Notes: a model not told the origin generated them from the sequence alone. A DNA stretch of 64,000 nt from Euglena gracilis (GCA_039621445.1 CP154954.1:30756395-30820394); one strand, 5' to 3'; positions 12,497 to 24,467 are shown, counted from the first letter of the stretch. A program made the numbers and translations.

Positions 12497-14250
12497 CGCG
12501 CGACTCGCGTCTCGCGCGGCTCCCGTGCTCGCGCGTCGCCCGTGCGGGCGCGTCGCCTGTGTCGGCGTGCTGTTCTTTTGCCGTCGGGACGGCTCACCGC
12601 GTGCCGTTGCACCCGCCTGTCACTTGGGCGGTTTCACTTCGATTTCCGTTGGCCTGACCCTGAGGGGCGTGGGCCCTTTCTTTTTTTTTTTTGTGGGGGG
12701 GGATGGTGCTACCATCTGCGAGGTTTCTCACCTCGGCCGTGTGCATTGGATGCGGATGGGGCCCACATTCATTCCATCTTCGGTCATGGATGCTCTTTGC
12801 CATCCTTGCATATCCACCGCCGCCACGGAGGTTCCTCGTTGTGGGCCTGGTGCTGTCCTGGGCGGTGGTGCATCCCGCGGCGCTGATGTTAGCGGGAGCT
12901 CCTCCTGCCCTCGTGCTGCCAACACAGCAGAGAGTTGCTCAGCCACAAACGCCATCAATGCCGAGGAGATACGGAAATGTCTTGGGCCAAGTGTTGCCTT
13001 GCCCAGCCTTGTTTGTCGCCTAGTGCTTGCTTCACCAGCCGGCCAAGTAGCCCTGAGCCCAGGGGGCCCAGACCTGACCATGGGTGGAATGACAGTGGAC
13101 TGAACAGCCATCCGGCCGACTCGCATATTGGCTGGTTTTTGGTGATCTTCTTGTGTTCTGCCATGGCCATGTTCTTCACTGCTAGGTCTTCTTCCCAGGA
13201 CAACCCTTTTCGGAGCGGGTGAAAGACGACAAGGTCCACCGCCAAGGGCCCCGCAGGATCAACTCCATCTAATGCCACATCGGCTGGGCGCTTCTTTCCA
13301 CCGACGGCCACCTCTGTCCTTGTGTGGACACCATTCTCCCGGAGGACCATTGCCAGCGCATCTCGTACTGCATTGTGGCGCAAGACGAGTTTGTTTTTTT
13401 TGCAGCATAGCAAATGGTCCCCGAAGGGATCCAGGGAATCACCACACATGGGGCATGGGGCTCCGGATGCCCATGGAGAGATCTTGGCTCCAAGCCACCA
13501 CCGTAGCAGCAGGCGGTACTTTGTTGCTTGTATGCGCGTCCCCATTCCTTTGTTTGGGACCGTCTGCACCCAGGCTGTGGTGTGCGGCATGGATTGCAGG
13601 CGCAGCCGGCACTTGTCCCGGAGTGGGAGGACCTTCTTCAGGGCATCTTTTCGTGCTAGATGGACCTTATCTGACCACCAACGCTGACTTCTGTGGTCAT
13701 CCTCGACGTTCACCGGTTGCTTCCTCTCTACCCACTCTGGTAGTGGAGAGAACTGTACGCCCAAGGTGCATTGCAGCTCCTTTGTGACCTCGGTGAAATC
13801 CGATGGCGTTGTGCATGCTTGGGGTGGGAATTGGAGCAGTTGGAACTGTTTTAGTGCACACAAAATGCCTGCCATCCGTGCTGGTGCTTGGAGGACGGTG
13901 GGGACCTTGATTCCCAGCCCTGCCATGCGGAGTGGCAAGCTGCATTGGGCCCACTGGGATTCACTTGTCGATGGCTGGCCGATGGTGTCGTCCCATGCTC
14001 TGCGGATGACCCGATCTGCTGCTTGAAGAGGGCCCTGCAAGGCGTCTGACCGCAAAGCGCGAAGGAAATGCATGACCTTGCAAGCATCCAGACAGTACCG
14101 GAGCAAAATGTGCTGGCACTGTGGGTCGCCCAGGTTGCTCAAGACGTGGCACGATTCTTCAAGTTTGTCCACTACTGCTTGCATCTCCTTCTGGCGAAAC
14201 GTCGTCGTGGTTGGGTGCTCCACTGGAAAGCCGAGGACTCACAAGCCTTG
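12340..14250 (-). mobile_element. 3' part of CRE-like element, same family as 1-1557, inverted
   Basis: ORF 12955-14223 is nearly identical to 15-1205. A 4-nt deletion near 12975 frameshifts the C-terminus. Confidence 0.9.
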
Positions 14251-14953
14251 TCGGGGTGGGGGAAAGGCCGGCAGAGGGGACTGCGGCAGCACCCAGGGGA
14301 GGGACAGGCCCGCCCGGGCTCACCGAGGGAGAGATCCTTGGTGGTGTCTCCCTGGGATCACAGCCCATCGTAAACCCCGATAAGGTGTGGGCCAGCCTGT
14401 TGGTGCTTGGGGGAGTCGGAGTGGGGGAAAGGCCGGCAGAGGGGACTGCGGCAGCACCCAGGGGAGGGACAGGCCCGCCCGGGCTCACCGAGGGAGAGAT
14501 CCTTGGTGGCGTCTCCCTGGGATCACAGCCCATCGTAAACCCCGATAAGGTGTGGGCCAGCCTGTTGGTGCTCGGGGGAGTCGGGGTGGGGGAAAGGCCG
14601 GCAGTGGGGACTGCGGCAGCACCCAGGGGAGAGACAGGCCCGCCCGGGCTCACCGAGGGAGAGATCCTTGGAGGAGTCTCCCTGGGTCACAGCCCATCGT
14701 AAACCCCGATAAGGTGTGGGCCAGCCTGTTGGTGCTCGGGGGAGTCGGGGTGGGGGAAAGGCCGGCAGTGGGGACTGCGGCAGCACCCAGGGGAGGGACA
14801 GGCCCGCCCGGGCTCACCGAGGGAGAGATCCTTGGTGGCGTCTCCCTGGGATCACAGCCCATCGTAAACCCCGATAAGGTGTGGGCCAGCCTGTTGGTGC
14901 TCGGGGGAGTCGGGGTGGGGGAAAGCTCGGCAGTGGGGACTGCGGCAGCACCC
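14251..14953. repeat. 165-bp tandem repeat, about 4.2 copies
   Basis: The GAAAG anchor recurs at 14262, 14427, 14592, 14756 and 14921. Confidence 0.93.
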
Positions 14954-15628
14954 CGGCTGGTGCAGAAGGTGTTGCCTTTGCAGGGGTAACAGGGGTAACA
15001 GAAAGACTGAGGGGCGGGGTGGGGGGGGAACGGGAGGAGCAGTGAATAGCTGGTGAATTGGGCGGTGGAAAAAGGAGAAATTGTGATTTAAACAAGCAGG
15101 AGTGTCAAGCTACACCAAGCTGGCATTCAAATTTGGCGGTGTGGGTTGTCAGCGAAACTCGTTTGATTTGCTTTCTGAGGTGAGGGTTCGCGCGTGAGAC
15201 AGATGTACGGTGGTGGGGCGAACCGAGTCCACCGACCAGTGGCACAGCCTACTGGGTTTGCCAGATTTCGAAGGAGGAGGGCTATGTACAGATGGGCGCA
15301 GCCCATGGGCAGTGTGGTTGTGTGCGGTGGCAAGGTAGGGGGTAAGGGGGTTTAGCAGCGGGGCCAGTGGGCTTCAAGGCGGTCGTGTAAGTGCCAGGGG
15401 TCGACTGCTGGTGGGGTTGGTGCCCTTCGGGCAACCTGGTCCGTTATCGGGGAGATCACGTTCGCGGCTGTGGGGCATGGTTGTGGGCGGTGGTTGGGTG
15501 GCTTTGTGGGCCACCGTTTGGCGGCTTTGTGAGCCACCGTTTGGTTCCCGGGCCTCGGTTCATTTTTCCGGACGTTGTAGTGACCGGCGGGCGTGTTGAC
15601 GCGATCAACGCGGAGTCGGTCGGTGAGG

Positions 15629-18100
15629 TCAACGAAGGAAGTGTTTCGGGCGTAGCATCTGTGCCACTTGGCGGAAGAGGGCCAACGCGATAAGCTGATA
15701 GCCTTCGGCCTGTCGTGTGCAACGCACGTCACCCTGCTCCCACGTAGCGGTCCGTTTTACCATTCTGGTCAGTAGTTTGGCACTTTCCGGTCCCAGCCCA
15801 CCCCACGTGCCCATTGCCACAGTGGCGAATGACCAACCGCCGTTGCGACATGGGACATCGTATTTGGCGTGTTTCGCTTGCTCCCGACGCTTAAGGAAGG
15901 TTCTCCAGGGTTCCCGGGTCCCGCTTCTCTCCGCGGCTTGCCACCCGTGCGCAACGGTCAGATCGACAGCTGTGGGTTTGCCATCTTGCCAGGTGGCGAG
16001 CAATAGATCCGCTGGCCGGAGCGAGGTGTCCGGTTGATTGGGCACCTGAACTTCGCGCTGTACACTTTGGCCGTTTGCGGACAGGAGGTTAAAAAGGGCG
16101 TCCTGGACGGCATTGTGCCTGTTGGCGAAATTGTTCCGGATACAGCAAATCTCATGGTCACCATATATATCCGTGGTACTCTGGCAGCCTGCGCATGTCC
16201 CGTTGGCTTCAGCCAAGGGGAGGCCCAGCCACCAGTTCAGACCCAGGCGGTAGTCGGCCGCGTCAATTGTGGTGTGAAGGGCCTCGTTGGGTGTGGCGAC
16301 CATCCACCCGTGACCGATGCCATGCGCTTGCTCCATCAGCCGGGCTTGATCTCTTGCAGGGATCCGGCTCAGCAGACGGTCCACCGTGGTCCGGGCTAGC
16401 TGGGTCTGCCACCATCGCTGCGAGGTGTCATTACCCGAGGCTGAGGCGAAGGACGCGGTGGTTAGGAGCCGTTGGCTTTCGGGGTGCTGGGGGCCCAGCG
16501 TGGAACAGAGGTCGTTGGCGGGTTGCTGACAGATGCGTTCGGACAGGGCAGCGACGTAAGCAGGGCAGGCAACCTTCTTGTGTCCGTGGGTGTAGTAGTG
16601 GCATAAAGCCGCGGTGCGAGCCGCACCCTGACAGGCGGCGGGGATGCGAAGACCGCACCCGCCGTCAGAGAGGGGGAGGGCTGCCTGCTTTCGTTGGTCG
16701 GCGTTGAGTGCTCGGCCAAGGATGTCTTCAAAGGCGATGAAGATGGTCTCTCCGCACCGAGCGACTTCCTCTTGGGCCTCATAGGAGTCTGAAGCGCGTA
16801 GGAGGTGGTTTACCTTGCAACCGTCCAAGCAGGACCGGAGCAGGTGGTGCGCAAGCTGTGGATCAGAAACAGAGGTGACCAGGTCAGTGGCTTTCTCAAT
16901 TCGGCCCGTGGCTTCCGCCCAGGCAGCCGCCGTGTGGCCCGCGGTGGTTGGGAAGTCGACTGCAGCCGAGGACAGTGATGCCAGAGCCCTCGGTCCAGGG
17001 TACCAACTGGAGGTGCTCTCGCCCCGGAATGCGGGCTGCGGCAGGACCCCAGGCCACGCATTTGGCCAAATTCAGTTGCACCCCGGTACGTTCGCCCTCC
17101 ACTCGTAGAAAGTCCAGGCACTTCTGCAACATCGCAGGCTCACCGATCAGCAAGCCGTCGTCCAGGTACCAGGAAGACCAGAGCAGTTCCGCTTGTTGTG
17201 CAATTGTTTCAACTATGGTTTGGAGACCCACAGCGAAGCCAATCGGGCCCAAAGGGCAGCCCTGGTGCGTGCCCCTGGTGGATGGGAGAACCCGTCCGTC
17301 GCTGAACAAGTGCGCCAGTTGCCCGTACGCAAAGCGCAGGTAGTTGAACAGCGCGGGTGTGCGCGTTTGCGCTTCTTGGAGCAGCACCGTGCGGTCAAGG
17401 GTATTGAAGGCATTCTTCAAATCAACCTGCAAGACCGCCCAGTTGCCCATGGGGTCTAGCTTCCTGACCAAATTTTGGGCCGTGATGGCGACGGATTCAG
17501 CTGCGTTGGAGACTCCCACCCCAACTTGAAGGGGGCTCAACCGGGCAACTTGGTCCTTGGCGGTTCCGGTGTGAAGGAGCGCCTTTCCCACCAAGCGGCG
17601 GAGGGTTTCACCCACTGCGATCGGCCTTACCCCGTCATCCTTTTTGCGCAGGGGGGTCAGGTTAGCGGAGCACCAACTTGGGGCGTGGTCCGAAGGCAGG
17701 TTGCCCTCCACCCATGCTGCGGCCAGCAGGCCCAGTGCTGTCAGAAGGCGTGCGCCGTGACCAGGGCGGCGGACAGCGTCTTGTAAGTGACAGGGGCGCA
17801 GACCGGAGGGGCCGGGGGATGATGTGCGTGGGAAGCGCAAGATGGCCTCGCGCAAGAGCTCCTCCCACCGAATGCGTTGACCGTCTGGGAACGGCGGTAG
17901 CTTCCCCGGCAGGTTATTGGGGTTGACTGGCCGACCCGTTGGGTGCAGGTCCTGCAGCTTGGCCCACACTGCAGAGTCACTGGAGCGGTGCGTTCCCTCG
18001 GACAGAAGGACCTGCAGGGCTTTGGCTGGAGCACCTTCTCCACTGCGGGCGCGCCGGAGAACGTCGGACCGCAGGGGGCGGAGCTTCTCCACCGACGAGG
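15629..18100 (-). CDS. CRE-type reverse transcriptase + zinc knuckle + restriction-like endonuclease (frameshift near 16945)
   Basis: SSPGPSG, VRPIAVGETLRRL, QVDLKNAFN, QGCPLGP, WYLDD; CAGC..DHEICC, RHNAVQD, RPADLL..AVD. Confidence 0.92.
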
Positions 18101-19089
18101 GCGGGCGCCGCCGGAGAAGCGGTCGGCACCGAAGAGGGGTGCGAGATGCGTGCCTTTTTTGGCACTGGCCACCTGCGAGGACCAGCTTGGGTGGCCGACG
18201 GCGGAGTCGGTTGTCATAATGTCGTCGGCTGGCCCGTCACCTCAGCTGGGTGCGCTGCTGGAGATGGCTGTGGAAACATCTCTGCTGCCCTGCGGCTTCC
18301 CGGGCGTTGACTGGCGGACCGAGCCAGCTTGGGGAAAGCCATGACGCTGAGAGTGTCGCCGGGTGTGCTACTCGATGATAGCGTCGGCCATGGTCTCCGT
18401 CACCTCACGCTGGTTTGCAGGGGGGACGAGGACAGGTTGGCGCGGCAAAGGAGGATCTCCTGCGATGCCGGCTGCGGTGGAATAATGAGACGCGGGCGTG
18501 TGGGGAGTGTGGCGGAGGTCGATGCCGTTGCCGGGTCTGGGTGGATGGTGCGGCACGTCGGTCGCTGGTTTGCTCCGTGAATAGACGGCGCGGGGTGCGT
18601 GCGACTGCCGTACTGATGCGTTGCTCTGCCGGGTGCGTGCTGCCGGTGTCCGAGGTCCAGGGTGCTCTCGATGCAGGTCAGAAGCATCCCGCGACCTGTA
18701 GCGGTTGTGTGGGGTAGGTGTGGGGGTGGTGCGGGGGGGGGGGGGGGGGGGGGTGGGGGGGGGGCAGGGGGGGGGGGGGGGGGCAGGGAGCTGCGCAGCA
18801 GGACGTGTCACGGGTCACGCGTATTGAGGCGGCGGGGGGGGGGGGGGGGCAGAAAGGGCATGGGGGGGCTGGAAGCGAGAATCCCAGAGACCATCGCCCC
18901 ATAGGACGAAATCACGGCCACCCACGTTGAGTTCATACGGACGTTCAGGGTCAGAGGCATCGCGGACCCATTCGTTCATGGGGGGCAGATCGTAGGAGGA
19001 GAGGTACGGGACGCGACGGTGACGAAGTGGCTGGGCAGGAGGAGGCGGGTGCTTCAGCCCTTCGGATGTCCGCGGAGGGTCATGTGGTG

Positions 19090-19500
19090 GTGGCTTGATG
19101 TGGAGGTAGAGACACCAAGTGCGCCAGCGAGGGTGTGGAAGAAGCGCAGTGCCGCGGACGCGGAAGAGGGGGGCCTTAGGCAGCAGCGCGGACCGCAAGG
19201 CCGCCGCCTGCAGGTGTGGCAGGGCAGGGGACCATTCTGGAGCCCGGACCACGGCGTGTATACCATGTCGCAGGCCATGTTGGAGCAGTTTCGGCAGCAT
19301 GCAGAACGGCGGGTTCATCCACAGGGCCTCGGGACGACACCATGGCTGGTGGAAGGCATTCGTGGCCTCATCCCAGAAGGAGGCGAACTGGCTGTTGTGC
19401 CTGTCCGCAAAGGCGTCCACCGACGGCCATCTGTCCGGGCTGATGCCGAGTTCGTGAAGGCACCATGGCACCCACATGGGGTCCAGCATGTAGTCTGAAA
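19090..19500 (-). CDS. Dam-like N6-adenine DNA methyltransferase domain
   Basis: DYMLDP..SVDAFADRHN..F..NAFHQPW..LWMNPPF..APEW. Same motif series as the DIRS MT domain at 60370-60700. Confidence 0.82.
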
Positions 19501-19840
19501 GCGAGGAGGAAGGTCCTGGCAGGGGGTTGATATCACCGTCTGTCAGGATCGCCTCTCCTCTCCCCGTAGCTGGGTGATCCCCGTAGATGTCGGCCTCTGC
19601 TTCCAACAGCACTGGGCAGCTGGACTGGTGCTGCAGGCACCAACCGGCTCCAGACGTGGTAGTGTGAGACCCGCAGAGGGTGCACCGGACGTAGTAGTAG
19701 GTAGGCAGCAAAGGCGCGGGTCGCCCCCCGTCAGGGCCCGGCAGGGGCATGTCGGTGAGCCTTATGAGAAACAGGTCACTCATTTGGAGGCTGCGTAGGA
19801 TGTGCAGGAGGTCTCCAGAGTCCGGTCCTGGAAGACAACA

Positions 19841-19894
19841 GGGTCCGGGATTAGACTCAATGTCTCCGCATGTCAGCAGATTTTCCCCCCGCCC
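19841..19894 (-). other. 2A (StopGo) peptide GRGENLLTCGDIESNPGP
   Basis: Exact D(V/I)ExNPGP core; closely resembles T2A (EGRGSLLTCGDVEENPGP). Confidence 0.85.
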
Positions 19895-20969
19895 CTGGCA
19901 AGGCAGCGCGGCACAAGACAGGTAGGGTACACGAGTCGACACTGCCTTGTTCTGGCGGTGGTAGAGCACCTCTATGTCCGTCCAGGTGCAGCGAAGGCAG
20001 CACACTTTGTGCAGCCAGGGAGGAGGGCGGTCGGGGATGTCCGGCCACGCTGCCGTGCATGCCACTGGGGGGTAGGGGGCGAGACAATTCTTGTGCCCGA
20101 TCCGGGGTCGTGGCGGCGATGGGGGGGGTGGTGGGACAGCTGGGGGCGGCCGTTTCGGCCGCGCCGGGGGGGGCGACCACTGGAGGCCCTCCTCCCGGAG
20201 ATGACCCGGGCGCTGGGCATGGAGCGCCTGAGCGAGGCGGATGGCCTCCCCCCTGGTCGGGATGCGGCGCGGGCAAGGCGAGGGAGGCGGTGCAGCGGCT
20301 GGCGCCCTTGCGCTCTCCAGGGGGGCGCCCCACAAGCGGTGACGGCGCACGAAGTCCAGCTCCCGGCCGTGGAATTCCCACCGCTCTATGAGGAGCCGTA
20401 AGGTGCGGGCCAGCTTTTCGGTCCAGGTCTCCCCCCCTGCCTGCCGCCTGCTCTCCCTCCGAGCCAAAAATTTGGCCCGGAGTTCCCCCCGGGGGGTCCG
20501 TCCGCAGGGGCGGTCTTCTGCGCTCGGGGGGTCAGGTGGGCCTTCCTCCGGGCTTGGGGGAGGGGCCGGCACCGTTTCCTGCCACAACCCGGGCGGCTGT
20601 TCCACCCAGCCACCGAGGAACGTGGCGCCGTACTCCCACTGAGTACCATCCCAAGCATAGGGGGGCCGAGGGGGGGGTGCTGCGAAGATGCGGAAAGGGG
20701 CCGACTTGTTCCAGCCGGGGCCACTTTCATAGGCCAGGTCAAGCAGGGGGGCAGGAAGAGGGGACCAGGGGCCCCCAGCCTCGCTTCCATCTGCTGTGGG
20801 GTCCTCCGTTCCCCTTTGGGGGGTTGGGCCGTCTTGGGGGTCTCCTCCCTGCTGGCGACGGGTGGGCCTGAGCCTTGGCCCAGCCACCCCGCCGACCGAG
20901 CTGGGGGTCTCCTCTCCAGCAGTTGCCAATCTGAAAGGGCTCCCCGGTTCCCCCACTCCAATTGTATTC

Positions 20970-22635
20970 TGTGAGCGCGGGCCAGATTTGAGATTTATTT
21001 TTGTAAGAACTGCCAGCAAAAATTAAGCATTGCCTCACAGAGATTTTGGGGAATTACATTTTTCACAGGCAAGCTGGCAAACCGTGTACAAGTTTGCGTG
21101 GGACTCTGAACTGGATTCAAAGTATCAAGTCTTGTCTTCTGGGGTGCTGTGTGGGGAAGTTTGGGAAGAAGACCCCTGAAGGCTGAAAAGTTGGAATTGG
21201 CCAGAAGTCTGATGTGGTGAAATTATCTGGACACACTGGACCATCCCCCAACTTGCACAAACTTGTATGATATTTGCAGTGCAGAAAAGCCCCGTACAAA
21301 CGTACCTGTGGAGCCGGAAGACACTCAGAAGTGAAATGTCATGGAAGTGGCGGGCCAGCTCAGCAGCAGAAGGGGACAAGGCAGAGGAAGGCACCAGTTG
21401 GCACACAGTGAGATGCTGTGTTGGGCCACCATGATCAACTCTCCAGATCAAGCTAGCAGCGGGTGATCCTGGAGATGGTGCTGCTGTGGGTCTTGGTTGG
21501 AGCCTGGGCTGAAGGACAGACGGATGTCAATCACAGCCTGCCATCATCATCAATAATCTATCTCAATCTCCAAAATGTCTGTCAAGATGTCATTTCAGGG
21601 TCAAGTTCAAGTCAAAATGTCAAGTTCAAGTTCAAGATCCCAACGAATCTGTGGTGGAAGACAGTTGTCATTTCAAGATTTCAATTTCCCAAGGTCAAGC
21701 TGTGAAGGAGTTATGTCATCACTTTCAAATTTTCAAGTTCCCAAGGTCAATCTGTGGAGGAGCCAAGGTGTTGTCCAAGATTTCAAGTTCCCAAGTTCAA
21801 GATGTCAAGTTTCAACGTCATTGGTCAAGTTCCCCTTGGAGATTTCGGCGCGAGGAGCCTGACCTCGTAAAAAACAGTGATCAGGGTTGTGCAACAGCCC
21901 CACAAATGCACATCTGGTGACCATCTTCGAGTTCGTCTACCTGTTGCTGCTGTGATGGCTGTGGTGTGTGCCGCCTCCCCGTTCGGTGCTGGGCCGCTTC
22001 AAGGGGGCTCTGCTCCGGTTTGGCTCGGCGGGGGTCGCCGAAGCCCCGGCTGGACCCCATGGGGGGTCATGTTGTACGGGGTAGGTCGTATGACATGGCT
22101 CTCTAAGGTGGAAAGGCTGGGGTGGAGGTAGGCGGGCCCCACATGGTATTTATCTGTGGATTTGGACGTTTACGATTATCTGTGGATTCGAAGATTTGGC
22201 AATTTAATTTCGAGAACCGCCATTCGCCACTTTTGCATGTCGCTGCTGCGTGTGGGTGTGTTGTGTGTTGAATTTTTATCTCCGGCCCGCTCATTTTTTT
22301 ACTTCCGTTTTGGACAATTGCCTGGCAATTGTTTTTGGGAAGGGGGGTGTGAGCGCGGGCCAGATTTGAGATTTATTTTTGTAAGAACTGCCAGCAAAAA
22401 TTAGGCATTGCCTCACAGAGATTTTGGGGAATTACATTTTTCACAGGCAAGCTGGCAAACAGTGTACAAGTTTGCGTGGGACTCTGAACTGGATTCAAAG
22501 TATCAAGTCTTGTCTTCTGGGGTGCTGTGTGGGGAAGTTTGGGAAGAAGACCCCTGAAGGCTGAAAAGTTGGAATTGGCCAGAAGTCTGATGTGGTGAAA
22601 TTATCTGGACACACTGGACCATCCCCCAACTTGCA
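20970..22635 (+). mobile_element. Non-autonomous LTR element (TRIM-like) with 288-bp LTRs
   Basis: Direct repeats 20970-21257 and 22348-22635, each TG...CA; ATTC on both flanks; polypurine GGGAAGGGGGG before the second LTR; non-coding interior. Confidence 0.9.
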
Positions 22636-23903
22636 ATTCGCCTTGGGCTGTTCCAGTCCCGACCCATCTGGGAGGGGGGGGTGGTCCCCGATTTTTTCCG
22701 GATGCTTTTCTGTTTCAAACATGATTGGGCCATCTGGGTCATCAATTCCCTTGTCGGGATGTTTTCCAGTTTCTGGGGGTGTCTCCCCCCAGACCTGTGG
22801 GGATTCCAACTCAGATGGGAGGGGGGGGGTGGCTTCATGCGCAATGGGATAGCGACAGCAATGTGGAGAGTGGTGGTGTTTCGTGTATTTTTTAGAGGGG
22901 CGATGTCGGTGATGTCGACTATGATGTCGATGTGGGCACCTTCTCCTGGCTGTGGGTCGTTTCACCTGGCTGCATGATGATGATGATGCTGAGGAGGGTG
23001 ATGATGAAGTAGAGGGTGACGATGATGTGGTTGAGGTCGATCTTGTCGATGCTCGGGGTGGGGAATATGGAGGAGGTGGCTGGGCTTCCTGGTGCATGTC
23101 GAGGGGGGTGGGCTGCAGGAGTCTGGTTTGGTTGTGCAGCATTTGCTGCAGCTGCTGCATCTGTTGCAGCTGCTGTTGATGAAGCTGTAGCAGCGCCATG
23201 TCCATGTCCGGCTTGCTTCTGCTGTTCTTTTCCATCTCCACCCTGCTCCTCGGAGTCAGGTCCATGTCCCACATGCCTCGTTTGAGGACTTGATCTGTGT
23301 TAGATGATGATGATGCTACAGCTTTGGGCTCCATGCGGGGCTGGGGTTCCCGCCATCTGGGGCTGCAGGGCTGTCTCTGTCTCTCCTGCTGCCTGGGCCC
23401 TTCTGCATGGGGGGACCGTCTGGTGCTGCGGGGCTGTCTCTCCCGCTGCCTGGGCTGTCTGGGGCTGCAGGGCTGATACTCCTGCTGCCTGGGGTCATCA
23501 CGTTTGGGGCTGCAGCGGGGCTGATACTCCCGCTGTCCCCGTCTGTCGCCACTGCTTCGGGGCTGGTACTCCCGCTGCTCGCAGGGATCGGGGTACTCCT
23601 GGTAGCTCTGCTCAATGTCCAGCTTCCTTCTTTTTCTGGACTGCTGCCTCATGGCCTGTCTCTGGGCCTTGTCTTTGTAGCGGTCGCCATATCGTTGACG
23701 GAGTGCCTCTTCCCAGGCTTCATCAGAGGCGTACTGCTCTTCTTGTCTGGAACGCCTCCTCACTTCGTGGTACTTCTTCCCATCGTCCATCGCCAAATTC
23801 TTGAGTAACACACTCGCAATGTCCTGAAACTTCAGATTCCCCAGGTAAATGTTAATAAAGCTTGACCCCATCCCGGGGCTTTCAGGACAGGTTATGCGGA
23901 AGA

Positions 23904-23928
23904 CGAAAAAAAATAGACACTCAGAAAG
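23904..23928 (-). other. Euglenid spliced-leader exon relic
   Basis: CTTTCTGAGTGTCTATTTTTTTTCG matches 25 of 26 nt of the Euglena gracilis SL as I recall it. It is not followed by the GT donor of an SL RNA gene. Confidence 0.9.
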
Positions 23929-24467
23929 AGGGTGAGGCCGCTGTTGATCAGCTTCCGGAGTTCTTCGTCCACGTGAGTCCACGTGAGTATGAGAAAGCTA
24001 TGCGGTGGTGGGGCGAACCGAATCCACCGACCAGTGGCACTGCCTACTGGATTTGAGTGTTCAGGGGAGGAGGGAGCTATGTACATTTGAGGAGTGCAGG
24101 GGAGTAAGGCTATGTACAGAGGCGACAGTGAGGGAAGGTGAAACGGGTGAGCTTAGGGAATAGGAAACAGGGCGAGATGAGGTCGTTGTTGATCAGCTTC
24201 CGGAGTTCTTCGGCCACGTGAGTGGTACCGGCGGGTCGTAATCCAGTGGTTCATCGCGACATCCTTGCCCAATGGCCTTGGTCGTTTACCGACACGTGCC
24301 AGACTCAAATGGTCTCAGGAGAAGCTGTGCAGGTCGGGTGAACGAATCGATGCGGGAAGGAGGCGGACCGTAGGAAAAGCAGAGCAACGCCGCTGAAGAT
24401 CAGCCGATGCCTTGTATCCAGTGGGGCCTGGCCGCGAACTCGAAAACGATATTGCCGCTTTAGCGGC

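Larger units (their letters stand above)
15186..23930 (-). mobile_element. Apparently full-length CRE-like non-LTR retrotransposon: SL relic - long N-terminal ORF - 2A - 2A-like - N6-adenine MTase - RT - RLE; interrupted by a TRIM
   Basis: SL at 23904-23928; ATG at 23871; the ORF rejoins in frame across the TRIM; RT at 16896-18092; RLE at 15629-16828; possible CCTCACC target duplication. Confidence 0.78.

Noticed and set aside
14251-14953. Regular repeats resembling a CRISPR array
   Set aside because: Whole units are near-identical with no unique spacers; eukaryotic context; no cas genes.
15171-15179. CTTTCTGAG, an SL-like 9-mer on the plus strand next to the element's 3' end
   Set aside because: Too short and in the opposite orientation; may be chance.
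23904-23928. SL RNA gene
   Set aside because: No GT donor or recognisable SL intron/Sm site follows the exon.
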